Shown in pieces: positions 18,718-31,409 of a DNA stretch of 64,000 nt. The position numbers were made by a program, and so were the translations under genes. This stretch comes from Moniliella sp. 'wahieum' (Eukaryota): the NCBI GenBank assembly GCA_003971905.1, contig RSEE01000044.1, positions 124,001-188,000 on the forward strand, in the 5' to 3' direction. Under the pieces are notes generated by a model. That model did no database searches. It saw only the letters and a list, made by a program, of their open reading frames with translations, and was not told where the DNA came from. Positions within the stretch are counted from its first letter, which is position 1, and every line of letters begins with the position of its first letter.

Positions 18718-18970
18718 CGAGGTCGAAGTTTGGACTTGTGTGGTGGTCCAGGAGGACGCTGGCTAAGCTCCAACCACTCGGGGGGGCGGGCGGCAGCAAC
18801 CCTATGGATCTACTGCGGCACCAAATTTGCACAGGGCGAGTGTCCTAATTTGGTTTTTGCGCGGAACACTGCCGCAGTGCTGTGCCCGCCTTCGTGCGTT
18901 GCTGTGTGCTGGCATTGCTCGGTTTTTGCGTCTGGACCAGTTGACCCGCACGTCCCAACTCAACGTCAAG
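18718..18970. promoter_or_regulatory. Bidirectional promoter region between RPL21 and RPS9, including their short non-coding first exons
   Basis: About 250 bp between the outward-facing GTGAGT donors of the two 5'UTR introns (minus strand at 18717, plus strand at 18971). Confidence 0.7.
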
Positions 18971-19055
18971 GTGAGTAGTGTTGCCCACGCCGGGGCACTC
19001 CACGGGGTGGTGCAGGAAAGGCAAATACTGACCTGGATGGCCGTATGCAGACAAT

Positions 19056-19630
19056 ATGCCTCTGGCACCGCGGAAGCAGTCGAAGACCTACAAAGTTCCC
19101 CGTCGTCCCTTTGAGGCTTCGTCTCGACTCGGAGCTCAAGCTGGCTGGCGAGTACGGTCTTCGTAACAAGACTGAGATCTGGCGTATCTCCCTCACCCTT
19201 TCCAAGATTCGTCGTGCGGCCGTGAGCTGCTGAAGCTGGACGAGAAGGACCCCAAGCGTCTATTTGAGGGCAACGCCATATTCGTCGTTTGGTCCGCATT
19301 GGTGTGCTCGACGAGACGCGCATGCGTCTTGACTACGTGCTGTCCCTCACCGTTGAGGACTTCCTCGAGCGCCGTCTCCAGACCCAGGTCTTCAAGACCG
19401 GCCTGGCCAAGTCGATCCACCACGCTCGCGTGCTCATCCGCCAGCGCCACATTCGCGTCGGCAAGCAGATTGTTAATGTGCCCTCGTTTGTCGTCCGCCT
19501 CGACAGCCAGAAGCACATTGACTTTGCTCTCAACTCGCCCTACGGCGGTGGCCGTGAGGGCCGTGTGAAGCGCAAGCGCGCCAAGGCTGCGGCTGAGGGT
19601 GGCGATGAGGAGGAGGAGGACGACGAGTAA
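19056..19630 (+). CDS. RPS9: 40S ribosomal protein uS4 (S9)
   Basis: [92 protein letters not shown] 5'UTR intron lies at 18971-19050. Confidence 0.98.
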
Positions 19631-21625
19631 ACCACTCGCCGTCAACCCACTTCCCCCCCCCCCTCCCCCCTGCCCGGTTTACCACCAACTATGATTGCAC
19701 TCGACTGGTAGAGAGGATGCGTGGGGACCCTCAACATTCCTCGACCAACCTCCCTACGTGGCCATGCTTTGGATGTCGTCTGAGGCTGCTGGTCAAACCG
19801 CACCCCAAAATCCATACTGCCGTATGCCCCTCCTGATTTCGCCTGTGCCCCCAGTTTTGATTCCAGTCACGTAGAATGTATATCTTTTTAAGTGTGAGAT
19901 GTGATGGTTCATGAACATGAAAACGGCTTGATGTTGGCGTCTGTTCCCGTGCTCGTTCGCACCGTCGACATCCCAGTTGGCTGACAAGGGACGGCGAAGT
20001 AGCTGGGAAGCCATGTGCGGTTTGAACGGAAATCGTCGTGGCTATTAGCCCACGTCATTTGACGTAAATGGGCGGGTCCCAGTGAAACTATGCAAGCCTT
20101 CACCACACTCGTCTCCAATGGCCTCCACACGCCTGCTATGAGGACAACATGACGTCCTACCTACACGTCTGTGCCTAAATCGCTCTCCCAACCACACCTT
20201 TTTCTGTCCGCTCACGCATTGCAGTGCCTCACGCGACTTGTCACGCTCTGATGCGCGGCATCCTGCCCAAGTCGTCGGCAAGGTCCCAGCTTTTGTTACC
20301 GTAGCTGGCGCCTGAATCTCCTAAGGCTCCAAACGGCAATTTGAGGACACACCCTTTCACGCTCTTTTGTACTTCAGGCCAAACAAAGGCAACCCCAAAG
20401 GCGGCTCAATTCACCATTTTGCCACATCTTCTTCGTCGCGTCATTCAGGACGACTGGAGATATACTTTGGCCTTCCTCCTCATTCACATTGTCATCGATA
20501 CGGTGGCGCGGGAAGGGAAGCAAGGAGTCACGCCCAACATGGAGGGAATGAGTGTATGTCTGGCGCTATGATGTACACGCTCTCTCCATCAATTGCAACA
20601 GGACGGTTGCATGTAGCTACCGAGAGTGCATAGACGAGGCAGAGGGCCTTCCCTCAATGGTATGATTGACCTGTGGTTCGCATTGCCTGTCCCCTTCTCT
20701 CTCGCATAGCTTTCTCCGTTTTCTGAACTGCACTCCCGTCTCCTCCGCCTCCTCCGACCGTCAGGAGAGACCTACTCGTGGGTATATATACTCTAGACTC
20801 AGTGCCCATCGTCTTCGCCACTACCAATATACGCCAAGTTGTGGATCACAACTGTAGTTTGTGTACTGGACTATATTTTTGTTGCGCTTGCCAGTGAAGC
20901 TGCAGATATTTCTGCGCTTGAATACAAACAACTGTGCGAGCTGATGAGGATAGAATCAGCCAGGTCCGTGGGGCTCAAATCATCAAGGGGAAACAGGGTG
21001 AGCAAGGTCCTGCTGGATGGAGGGGGGTGAGGCGCTACATCACATGATGCAGGCCTTAGGCCTTATGATGCATGACGGATTCTGCATAACGCATGTATGA
21101 GGCAGTCATATACATTCGACTTTATCCTCGCACTCTTGATTAAGACGGAGAGGAAGATGAAGAAGAGAGCGTCCATTGTTTTGTACTAGCAATAAGGTCC
21201 GCCTTGAGCTTGAGACACCATCGGAACCGCCGCACACTGTGCCTCTGCCGCCCCCGCACTTTGCCTCCTGGTACTTGCGATTGGATCTCAGTGTTGGTCC
21301 TCGTCGGTTCACCAAGCCCAGCGATGGGATTATATGGTGCTGGTGGGGAGGCAGACAAGCGAACCCCAACTGAATTTGTTGATGCTCAAGCTGAACGCTG
21401 AATAGAGAGTCAGTTAATGACGTTAATAGGCAGGCTGCCGAGGTCTGATGAACATAGCAGTCTGTGAAGAGGACGGGCATCTCTCATCCCAGGCGTCGAG
21501 CGGCTGGTGGGAAATGAATAAAAAGGGCTGAGGCACTCGGGCTCAGGCTGAGCAGCGAGCGCTCTTGGGTTCTGTGGGTCCGTGCGTGCCTGAGGCCCGA
21601 GGCCGCCTTGCGCGTTACGGCCGCC

Positions 21626-21715
21626 GATTGATGCGATTGATGCGATTGATGAGATGATCGATGAGGAGAGGGTGCACTTGATGAGATGATCGATGAGGAG
21701 AGTGCACTTGATGAG
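21626..21715. repeat. Compound tandem repeat (9-bp GATTGATGC units followed by two ~31-bp units)
   Basis: GATTGATGC x2.5, then TTGATGAGATGATCGATGAGGAGAG(GG)TGCAC x2. Confidence 0.9.
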
Positions 21716-22394
21716 GCCGAAGTGGATGAGTCGACGAGGCAGAGGCGGCGGTGGATCAGGTGGGGTGGGAAACGCGGTATTAAGCATGCCAGTCTGTCCG
21801 GCCCGATGCGGCTCCGCAAGCTGCCCCTGTGTTCTGCGCCATGGGGCTGCGCAAGGCGCAGCAGCCGTGTGGCGTGCGCCTGCATCTGCCCGGCCCAACC
21901 CGGCGGCGGCATGGGAGCACAGCGGGCTGCGCCCCAGATCGCCACTCGCCGGCTGGCCTGCAGCCGGCATCAGGCGCCAGGCCACTGTGGGCGCAGTTCC
22001 CATCTCCGCCTTCGGCTGCGCTCGGAAGCGATCGGTGACAGGGGACAGTGGCTGATGCACTGATGACGGCGACCTTGCTTGTGCTGCGGCTGCCTTGAAG
22101 CTTCACTTGAAGCTCGAAGCTCGACCGGGGACTGGTCACCGGTCAACGGCCGGTCAACGTACGTTCAACCGCTGCTTCTGCCCCGGACCTGAAATTGGCT
22201 GTCTTGCCCAGCAGGCTGTTATAATACTCCGCACCTCGCGTCTCCCGCTTTACGCCTTGCGCCCTCCCCGCCTTATCCATTACGCATGGGCAGGGAGAGT
22301 GTCTTGTTCTCAGAGCAACAGCCAGCCACTTCCCTCCACAAACCACCCCACCCACTCTCCCTTCCACCAAAGCTTTTCACCTCTCTTTGCCGTA

Positions 22395-23734
22395 ATGCGC
22401 GAGGAAACGACGAGCCCGTACCAGTGGCATGACCCGCCCGTTAGCGTCGCTGCCGCTGAGGCCGTGCCCACCGACCCACGTCAAGACTCGTCGTGGCCTC
22501 ACGCTGCTCCGCCCGTGTCTCTATCCTCGCCCCGACCACTCTCCGTCCACAGTCTTCAGCTTTCGACCAAGACAAGCTGTTGTCCTACTTCATTGCTGGC
22601 GGTGCCGCCGGTGCTGCTAGCCGCACCGTTGTCTCCCCTCTCGAGCGCCTCAAAATCATCATGCAGGTCCAGCCGCACAAACCAGCCAAGGGGGTTCGAG
22701 CCAAGGGCTCCTACTCAGGCGTATGGCAAGGACTCAAAAAGATGGTCCAGCAAGAGGGAGTCCCGGGCTTGTTCCGAGGAAACGGGATCAACTGCCTCCG
22801 CATTGCCCCCTACAGCGCTGTTCAATTTGCTACGTACGAGGTGCTCAAGGTCAACTTTGCCACGCCCGATCCACAACAACCGGGCCTAACCCATCTTTCT
22901 CCTTTTGCTCGCTTCACTGCTGGAGCATTGGCGGGCATCACCAGCGTCGCGTCTACCTACCCCTTGGATCTTGTCCGTGCCCGCATCTCTATTGCCACGG
23001 CTGATGTGATGGTCCAGCAGTCCCAGGCGGTTCCTGTAGGAGGTGCGGCAACAGTTACCGCAAGTCCACCCAAGATCCCTGGCATCTGGGCCATGACCGT
23101 CCAAGTATATCGTGAAGAGGGCGGCATGCGCGGGCTGTACCGCGGCTGCATCCCTGTCAGTTTGGTACGTTGTATCTCTCTGTTGTCTGCCTCATTCTGC
23201 CCTTTCCCGTCCTGTCCCCCGTATTGACAATGCCACATGGCTCAGGGAGTGGCGCCTTACGTTGCTGGGAACTTCTTTATCTACGAATATCTTCGAGGAT
23301 GGATTGTACATGCACGAGACTCGGTGCGTGCCCACGGACCCACAGTCGGTTGGACTGGGTCTGCGATCCAAATGTGGGCAGCCTTGGCTTCCCCCGAAGA
23401 AAGCGTGACGGGGGTGGAGAAGTTAATTGCGGGTGCCGTTGCAGGTGGCATTTCCCAGACACTTACCTACCCACTCGACGTACTACGGAGAAGGATGCAA
23501 GTGGCTGGCATGCCCGATGGAAAGGCCAAGTTGGGCTACAATGACAAGACGACATACGATGTGTTTGCTACCATCGTCCGTACCGATGGCCTCCGTGGCC
23601 TCTACCGTGGTCTTTGGCCCAACTTGCTCAAGGTGGCTCCTTCCATTGGGGTAACATTTGGGGTGTACGAGTGGGTGCAAGCTATGCTCAAATCCCCGCC
23701 TCGGTTGAGCGTGCATGCTACCACAAGACATTGA
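22395..23734 (+). CDS. Mitochondrial carrier (SLC25) protein, YPR011C/Leu5/SLC25A42-like subfamily
   Basis: Three PX[DE]XX[KR] repeats (PLERLK, PLDLVR, PLDVLR), with GLFRGNGINCLRIAPYSAVQF and GLYRGLWPNLLKVAPS. Intron at about 23165-23245. Substrate is not determinable from the sequence. Confidence 0.93.
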
Positions 23735-25384
23735 CGTTCCAAAGATAGCTACTGACTTCGATCTTCTGCCAACTCTCCCACCTAGAGCCCACCCCTGGCC
23801 CCTATCTTTAATACCCACCCTCGATCTTGCTCCCTTGTCACATGTTAATATTCAATGCCAAGACTGGGCAATGCATCATGCATCGTGTACCGTCCATCTC
23901 ATGTGCATCTACTCTTTTGGCAGTTGGGTCCATCCGAAGGGGGGAAGGGGAACTGTTTTAGACTTCCAATTTCCAACCACACAACATGCTGTGACATGTG
24001 AATGCCGACCACATTCATTTACGTTAACTCTACGTAACATCCACTTGGGGCGGCAGAGGGGGCTTAGCCACGTCTGGGTTCTGGCCTCAGGCCTCAGTGC
24101 TGGACCAACATCCCTCTTTGGCACTCGTGTCGCGGCGACGCGAAAGGATGTATAAAGAGCCGCCGTTGTCCTGATACGAACGTGGGAAACACGCTCATTG
24201 GTCACTGATACTTCTCCATTCATCATAGATATGTGCATCCTTGTCGCGAGCCCACCACGAAACCAGGGTACGATCCACGTCAGCTTCAATCTGACTTTTT
24301 TTCCCACGCTCAATCTCGGCTGAGGGAGCTCGCGTTGAACGTTGACATTGCATCAGCTTGTCGTCACCCTCCCGGCCATGCCGGATTCAAAGTATGATTG
24401 GATTGTTGGAATTGTGGGAACTTGGGACGGAGACTTCATCAGTATACTGATATAGAACAGCGGAGCTCACCAGGCAAAACAGAGGGGTTGGGTGTGCTGC
24501 TGCTGAAAAGCAATTTGCATCCACGAGGCGCATAATCCTACTTGTTGCGAGATGCAATTGGTGCGAAATAAGGTAGGGAGGAGAAATGAAGCGAACTAAC
24601 CTAGTAGTATCGTCGCGCGGATGCATGGTCATTCGGGTCTGTCACGGGCGAGCCCCGCCAGGGGGCTCACCCAGGTTCTTGGGGTACAATCCTTAAGAGA
24701 TGGAAGGACGACTCACGGTAGTTTCGGGCTTGGGCTGATTGGTGAATCCGAGCGGAGCTACTAGGGACGAGGAGAGGCCTTTGGTGGGGCGGCTGCACGT
24801 GTGGCAAGGCTGCGTCTGCACCGGCTTGGGCCGTAGTAACGTGTCTGAATCCTCCGGGACTTAGGGACGGGAGGAGGCAGAGGGGGACAAACACTGCCTC
24901 AACTGAGACTGAATCGACGCTGGAAATCGACGCGACCAAAGGAGGGCTCGCGCGACTGGACTGACGGATTGCTGGAGGACGAGGTCGGAGGAGCTTCACT
25001 GGACTCGCTGCGTTGGTGGTCCACATGTTCCGGGTGGGATCAGTGGATTCTCGATTCTGGAAAGGTCAAATTGAGGCAAAAAAAGGAAGATAATGCTAGG
25101 TTGTCAGTGCCACGTCAGCCGCGTCAGCGCATCAGCGCCGTCACATGTCCACCCCGTCAGCTTCCCCATAGTTGCCGCGGTTAAACGTTAACGACGTTAG
25201 CGCGTTAACGTCAACGTGCCAGCCAGCTCATCTCGGTTCTCCGCCCTGCGGGCTGGTGCTGGGAGCCAATTAATTGATTCAGCGATTTTGGCGCGTCATA
25301 TCAATATTGTCTGAACGTTTTATTCGCCGCTGCCTCCCGCACCATTCTTCGTCTCAACCTCCATCTCCGCCTCTACCCGTCAGC

Positions 25385-26532
25385 ATGGCAGATCAGATCC
25401 AGACGTTTGTGTACAAGACGGTTGGAGATCTGGCGCTCAAGGTCGATGTGCATCTCCCGTCTACTCCTACCGCTGAACCCTACCCCATCCTGTTTTGGAT
25501 CCATGGCGGGGGCTGTGTCCAAGGTCGGCGCCAAGCCGTGCCCCCGCACATGCGTCGTGCTGTAAACCAGCATCGCCTCATCGTCGTCAGCCCCGACTAC
25601 CGTTTGGCACCCCAAGTTCGTCTCCCCACCATCCTGACCGACGTGGGCGACGCCTTTCTTTGGGCCCTACACACCCTCCCGCAACTGCTCCCTCACACTG
25701 TTGATCCCACCCGTGTCGTCGTGTCGGGCAGCTCGGTGGGAGGTTACTTGGCCGCTTGGCTGGGGCTTGGGAAAACGTCATCTGTTCCGTTAGGTGCACC
25801 CGAGTTGCAGCAGATCAAGGGGCTTGCTTTGATTTATCGATCACCACTTTCAACAGCCGTTTTGGTCCGAGCCGCGGTGCCTTATAAGGGTCCCTCCCGC
25901 CCACATTGCTAAGACGAGCGATGGGCTACATTGGTCGACCCCACTGCCCCCGCTGTGAGCAACACCGATCCCGACGAATGGGGTACACTTTCCCTTGCCA
26001 CCAAAGAAGGGGTGGGCAAGGGGCGGACCCGCTGCGCATCTGCTCTACCCTTACGCCCAACAATTTGCAACCACCTATGGCCTTCATCTGCTTAACTTTT
26101 CTCCGGAACAGATCGCTCAAGGGATGCTGGAAGAATATGAGGTTCCTCGGTGGATCACTTCGGAGCAGGAGCAAATTCGTGCTGACGGGCCAGCGATGAA
26201 TATGTTCATCGTTCATGGTGATGCAGACATGGCCGTGGATGTGGCCCAGGGACGCGGACTGGCCCGGGGCTACCAAGTTGGGTTGGAAAGTGGAATACCA
26301 CGAGCTTGCTGGCAAAGATCAGTACGTTGGCTTTGTTCGTCGCCTCGCTGTATTTACTGACCGAACGATTGATTTCCGCATTGGTCGCTTTCTAGTCAAT
26401 TTGATGGTATGTTTCGTTGCCTGGTGGAAGACGAATGGGTTGCTGACCATGGAGCACAACGCAGAAGAAGAAGATGCACCGGACAACATCATGGATGACT
26501 ATTGGGCTTTCGTCACCAAGGCCTTGGCCTAA
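25385..26532 (+). CDS. Alpha/beta hydrolase, HSL-like esterase family
   Basis: Oxyanion motif WIHGGG, DYRLAP, nucleophile elbow GSSVGG and acid motif FIVHGDADMAV. Frameshifts, and an intron from about 26321. Confidence 0.9.
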
Positions 26533-26682
26533 TTATGTACCTGTCAGCACATGTGCCCCCCTGGAGCTGCACAGTCCCTGCGCATGGCGAAACCAGAACA
26601 CTTTTCATTGCGCCAAGTTGTGGAAAAGAAAAGTACACATATATACACGATGCATCTCGATACGATGCGTGAAAGGTGATAG

Positions 26683-29200
26683 TCACAAATTGTCAAAAGG
26701 CTCCCTAACTAGAAGGGATATTCTCCTTAATCTTACGACCCTTCTTCGCCTTAACCAACAGAGCAGCTGGCCGAAGAGCCTGAGAGGCAGTGGCCTGAAC
26801 TTGCACCTTGGACATGGGAGCGCGTTCGACACACTTTCTCCAGGCTGCACACGGGAACGAGTATCTTCTCCCCGGGCCTGATGAGGGAATCGTGCGGCTG
26901 AGGGCTTCAACGTTAACTAAGGGCGCCGTGGTTCCGTTTATTCATAGACAGTGAGCCTCCGTACACTGCCTGCACTTGCTGTGGGGGCTGGGGCATCAAA
27001 GGAGGTGCAAACGTTGGGGCCGAGAGGTCCGGATCCCCATCTGTTGAAACCGAGAAGGCATGATGTTGGGGCATGGTGGCTCTTGGCTGGGCTAGGACCT
27101 GCGCCCTAGCAGCCAGAACCGCTTGCTGTAGGGTTAAAAGTCTTGGCTTGTGGGTGCTGTGTGGAACGAAGTGTCCCGGCTATGAACTTGGTCTCTCTCT
27201 GCAGGCAAGACCAAGGTGGCGGGAATGAAAGCATTGGTATGCAACGTGGTGTCGAAAGGCAGGAACGAATAGGCGGGAAAGAGACTTGGGTTCTTTCTGG
27301 CGGTTTTGCATCCAAGTATTAAAGGCCCTTGGACAGCATCTTGATGGCTTTCTGTGCGCTCCACAGCGCAATAATAAGAGGCATCGGGCCTCTCTTCGAC
27401 CGAATCTAACTTTAAGTTGTGCGCCAGATTGCTTCTTCAATGCCGACACTCTGCTGCACCAACGCATGGGGCTTCGGCGAACTGCAGGTACGACTAATTG
27501 CCAAGGTCCGATCTTTGCCACTGAGCTCGACCGAGTCAGTTTGGTCTTGTTCTTTTCTCTCGTCCTCATCAGGGGGAAAAGCCGTTACAAAGGAAGTCTG
27601 TGGCCCTTTAATGTAGGAGTACTGTTGGGGCCTGGTAAAATGTCGGACACGGAATTGAATGCCGCGAAGAAAGAGTGATTCGAGTGTGGAAGCTGGTCCA
27701 TGGGGGTATGTCGTAACCCAAATTGTCGACGGTCGAAAGGAATCCTTGTTCTGATCTGTTCGTTTCTTTACTTGCACGAGGGGGTAGAAACTTATCGATA
27801 ATAGAGGTAATAGGAGACGTCGCTCCTCTCTTCATTGAAGAATAGAGGTTTGGATCGGCCCTTTTTGCTTTGTCTTGCATCGACCTTGAGCTTCTGGAGA
27901 AGACAAAATACACTGCTGGCTCTGGGAGGACTTGAAAGGATCATCGTCTGGGCTCGTGGGCGCGGCTTATCGTCCCAGAGTGGTAGTTTAGTGTTCTGGC
28001 CAGTGAGGGAGGAGCGAGGTGTGGCCCATACCGGAGATGAGACGCTTTGCTTGGCGGTGGGGCGGCGGTGAGCGATAGCCTCCTTGTGCTCGGACAAAGA
28101 GGCACGCTGGACCGCCACACGCGCTCACTAGGCGTGAGGACAAGATATATCCATGCTTCCTCTACGAAGATGGCTTGCTAGGACGATCCCAGCTCTGCCC
28201 CTTCGCCTCCTCCAGGAAAAATGAATCAAAGCCGAGGAAACTGTGCCAAGGCGAGGAAACTGTGCCGTGTGGTGCGGCGGGGTGTGTCCTGGAGTGGGAG
28301 TTTGGTTAGGGACATGAAACTCTCCGAACCCATCTTCAGGCCATCCACATCGGTTGATAGGGGTTCCTTGTTTCTTGTGGAAGATAATCCTCCAGATGAT
28401 CGTGTATGGAGAATGTTTGGGGTGTGCAGGCTGCTGTTGGCTCGCAATGAAAGTCGGGCAGAGTTGGCCTCATACGTTGACAGAATCACTGGGGGCACAA
28501 GGTCAAGACGTTTGGGGAATTATAGGAGACTGGCGATGCTGAACATGGATGGCGCAGGTACTGATCCAGGACATAAAGAGGATTGCTTGTCTGGTACAGG
28601 CAAGCTCAAAGGTTTCGATGTGGTCATTGTGATCCTACATGATGCGCTGATGACGGATGGCAGAAGAGGGAAGTGGAGTGCTGGCGTCGCAGCCGCGCAG
28701 CGGCGCGGGTAACTGGGAGACAATGACACTGTAGATCCACTTAGACGGAGGAAGGAGTCGGAGTCGATCTCAGGGTTGACCATGCTGTGTCGCTTCAGAT
28801 GAAGATGAAGACGGAGATGGAGATGGGGATGGATGGTGGTGCACATCCAACTCTCGGTCGGCAAGACCATGCTGTTATTGGTAGAATCTCACACAATCAG
28901 CGCGAGAGGCTGGTGTGTCACGCGGTTTCATATTTCGTCTGTATTTTGGTTCTCGTGTCCTGTCTGTGGGTCTTACCCCTGCGGACAGGCTGGACCTGAG
29001 CCTGTGCCTCCACAACAGCAAACATGAATGACGGCACTTGCGGAGCAGAAGTATAGAGATGATGTCGATGAAGGGGAATGTATCCAAAAGGTGCGGCTAA
29101 TGAGCAGCAGCAGCAGCTTGACCAGAACGGAGCTTTGCCAGTCTGTCGGGTGGGCCAATATGGATGCACAGCGGGGGTCGTCATTAACGTCATTGTCCAT
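26683..29200 (-). CDS. Hypothetical low-complexity Ser/Pro-rich protein
   Basis: A chain of overlapping minus-strand ORFs (28520..28870, 28226..28498, 27792..28118, 27608..27913) with similar disordered composition, divergent from the antizyme gene. Boundaries are uncertain. Confidence 0.35.
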
Positions 29201-29650
29201 CCGAGAGCCGTAACGCTCACTGCTTCGTCGCGCCTATTCGACCAATTTGGTTGAGGGTGAACATTTCAGGGGCGCTTGGCCCCAGCTCGTCCCCAAACAG
29301 CAGCGGCGGGGAAGCGCAGCCGAACACTGGCGCCGTGGGATGAGTTGCGATACATTAGCAGGACTGTGGGGGAGCTGGGCTATATATATACAGCCTGGGC
29401 TAAACGGCGCGCCAGCGCCACACGCACACTGGCCCCAAAGCCAACCCCAAAAACATCCCTGGGAGGAGTGTATATACCACCGTGTGGCACTGTGCCCCCG
29501 ACGCCCCATGTCCAGCAGACGTCCGTTTGCTATATATATCTCTCCTACATCCACACTCTTTCCCACAACCACCCTCTCACCGCAACATCTGGCCCGTCAT
29601 TCGCAAGGGGCGGAACCGAGTCACATCCAGCTATTTGATAACGGCTACGC

Positions 29651-31409
29651 GTGCTATCCGTGTCGATCGGCAACAACGCACACGATCCACAGTACTCGAG
29701 CAACGCTCACGCTTGCTCCTCCGGCACTCACAGTACTCACACCTCGAGAGCTATATCTGCGTTGCAAAACGATTTTGCTTTCTCTCCCGCGCATGCATAC
29801 AACTGCGCCTCCATCGACTCTTTTTCGCCCTCTTTTAACAACCACCTTTCCAACTTTTATCCGTTCTCCTACTTCCCCCCTCCCCCCTCCCCCCCTTCAG
29901 AGCACCAGGACCACCTCGAACCAGAATGCCAGACAGTCGTCCCATCTCCATTGTCCATACCCGTACCTCGAGGGCAAAAAAGTACACCGGGGCGGCAACA
30001 TTTTCTCTGCTCCCTATGAGGGCCCACTTTTTTCACCTCTCTCCCCCTCATATTCAGTCTTAGAATCACCTGCATGGGAAACATCCCCAGTCTCCTCCTG
30101 GAACGGAACCAACCTCTCATTCTTGCTACCGGCCCTGCCCCTGCTTTCACCCGTCGTAGCCATTCCGACAACTAAGCCTCCCTCGGTTTCTTTCACTGCC
30201 TCTTCCTCCTCGCTCTCCGCGGCCGGGATGACTCAATGGGCTCTGAAACAGGTCCAACAGCGCGCGTCAAGCAACCCTCTTCCCATCAGTTTGCCCAGCC
30301 ATGCTCTCGTTCGTCCGTGCTGGAGGAGAGCCCAACTGGTCGAGATTGGGCCTTGTTCCCCTCCATATCTTCGATCGACCCGGATACGCCGGAGCACCCC
30401 CGCGTATTGCCTGTAGGAAGGAAGCTGCGATCTGTCCCCCTTTTTGGCAAGAGCGGCCGCCTAGCTGTTGGGGTGTGATGACATCCATGATCTTCCCAGG
30501 TTTGGTCCCTTGTTCATGCAAACCCTGTTCCCTCATTTTGATTTGGGTCGGGCAAGGAGTAAGGTGGTGCGCCAAGCCCAACGTCGCTCTTCATTCGGAT
30601 TTCATCCGACCGCACCCAGCGTGTCTTCTTTTCGCGAAGAGGAGCAGGCACTCCAGTTTGGCCGAGCCAACTTGGACCAAGTGTTGCCCGGATGGAAAGG
30701 GGTGGTACTGCTTGTTGCGCTGGCTACGAGCGCATGGACCTCACCTATGGGGGAAGAGGCTGACTTGGAGTGTTCTTCGGACGAGGGGGTGAGTGGTTTG
30801 GCACATTCCTCTCCCTCTGCTACACGTATCCTCTTCGTCTCTCCGCCCTGCGGGGTGGTGGCTTGCCCACCGTGCCAGCCGGCGGGCTCTGTATCCAGCT
30901 TACCCGGTACCATCCACACGACCCTGCTCACGCTCTTGGACCACGCGTCGGAAACGCTGCACTGCCACCGTCTTGTGATTTCTTTGTCTCGGTCCATGCC
31001 AAGCTTCCGAGCGTTGCTCCACGGGCTGTGCTATGTCGGAGGGTACGTGGTGGGCTACGGGCCGTCGGAATTGCCTTTGGCCTACATTCCCACGCCAGGG
31101 GGGAATCCGCGGGATGAATCGGAGCTTCCCACCCCTCCCTCGTCGCTTCCTGTGAGTCTTGCTTCGCCGATTGCCTCCACATCCTTCTCTGGACTTGGGC
31201 CGGCCTGCCCCGAACAAGGTGCCAGCCCAGCGCATGTCGCCTCTTCGTCTCAGGCACTGGGAACAACGGCGAAAACAGAGTTGGAGCAGGGGGAAGAGGG
31301 TGCCTGGACCGATCAAGACGCTCACGGCTCTACTAGCTGCTGTCTCCCGGGCGTACGTGGTTTTGTCCCGAGCCCAGGCTTGGTGTTGGTGGCGATCGAC
31401 CTAGAATGA
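29651..31409 (+). CDS. OAZ1: Ornithine decarboxylase antizyme (ORF2 at 30465-31409; upstream ORF1 boundaries uncertain)
   Basis: ORF2 has the basidiomycete antizyme motifs in order: FMQTLFP, WKGVVL, RILFVS, TTLLTLLDHASETLHCHRLVISLSRSMPSFRALLHGLCYVGGYVV and C-terminal PSPGLVLVAIDLE*. ORF2 has no AUG at its 5' end and is overlapped by an upstream ORF ending in TGA at 30476-30478, relative to which it is in the +1 frame. Confidence 0.88.

Noticed and set aside
20340..20920. RTA1-like membrane protein fragments (DWRYTLAFLLIHIV; WVYI..LDSVP)
   Set aside because: The similarity is too short and depends on assumed frameshifts.
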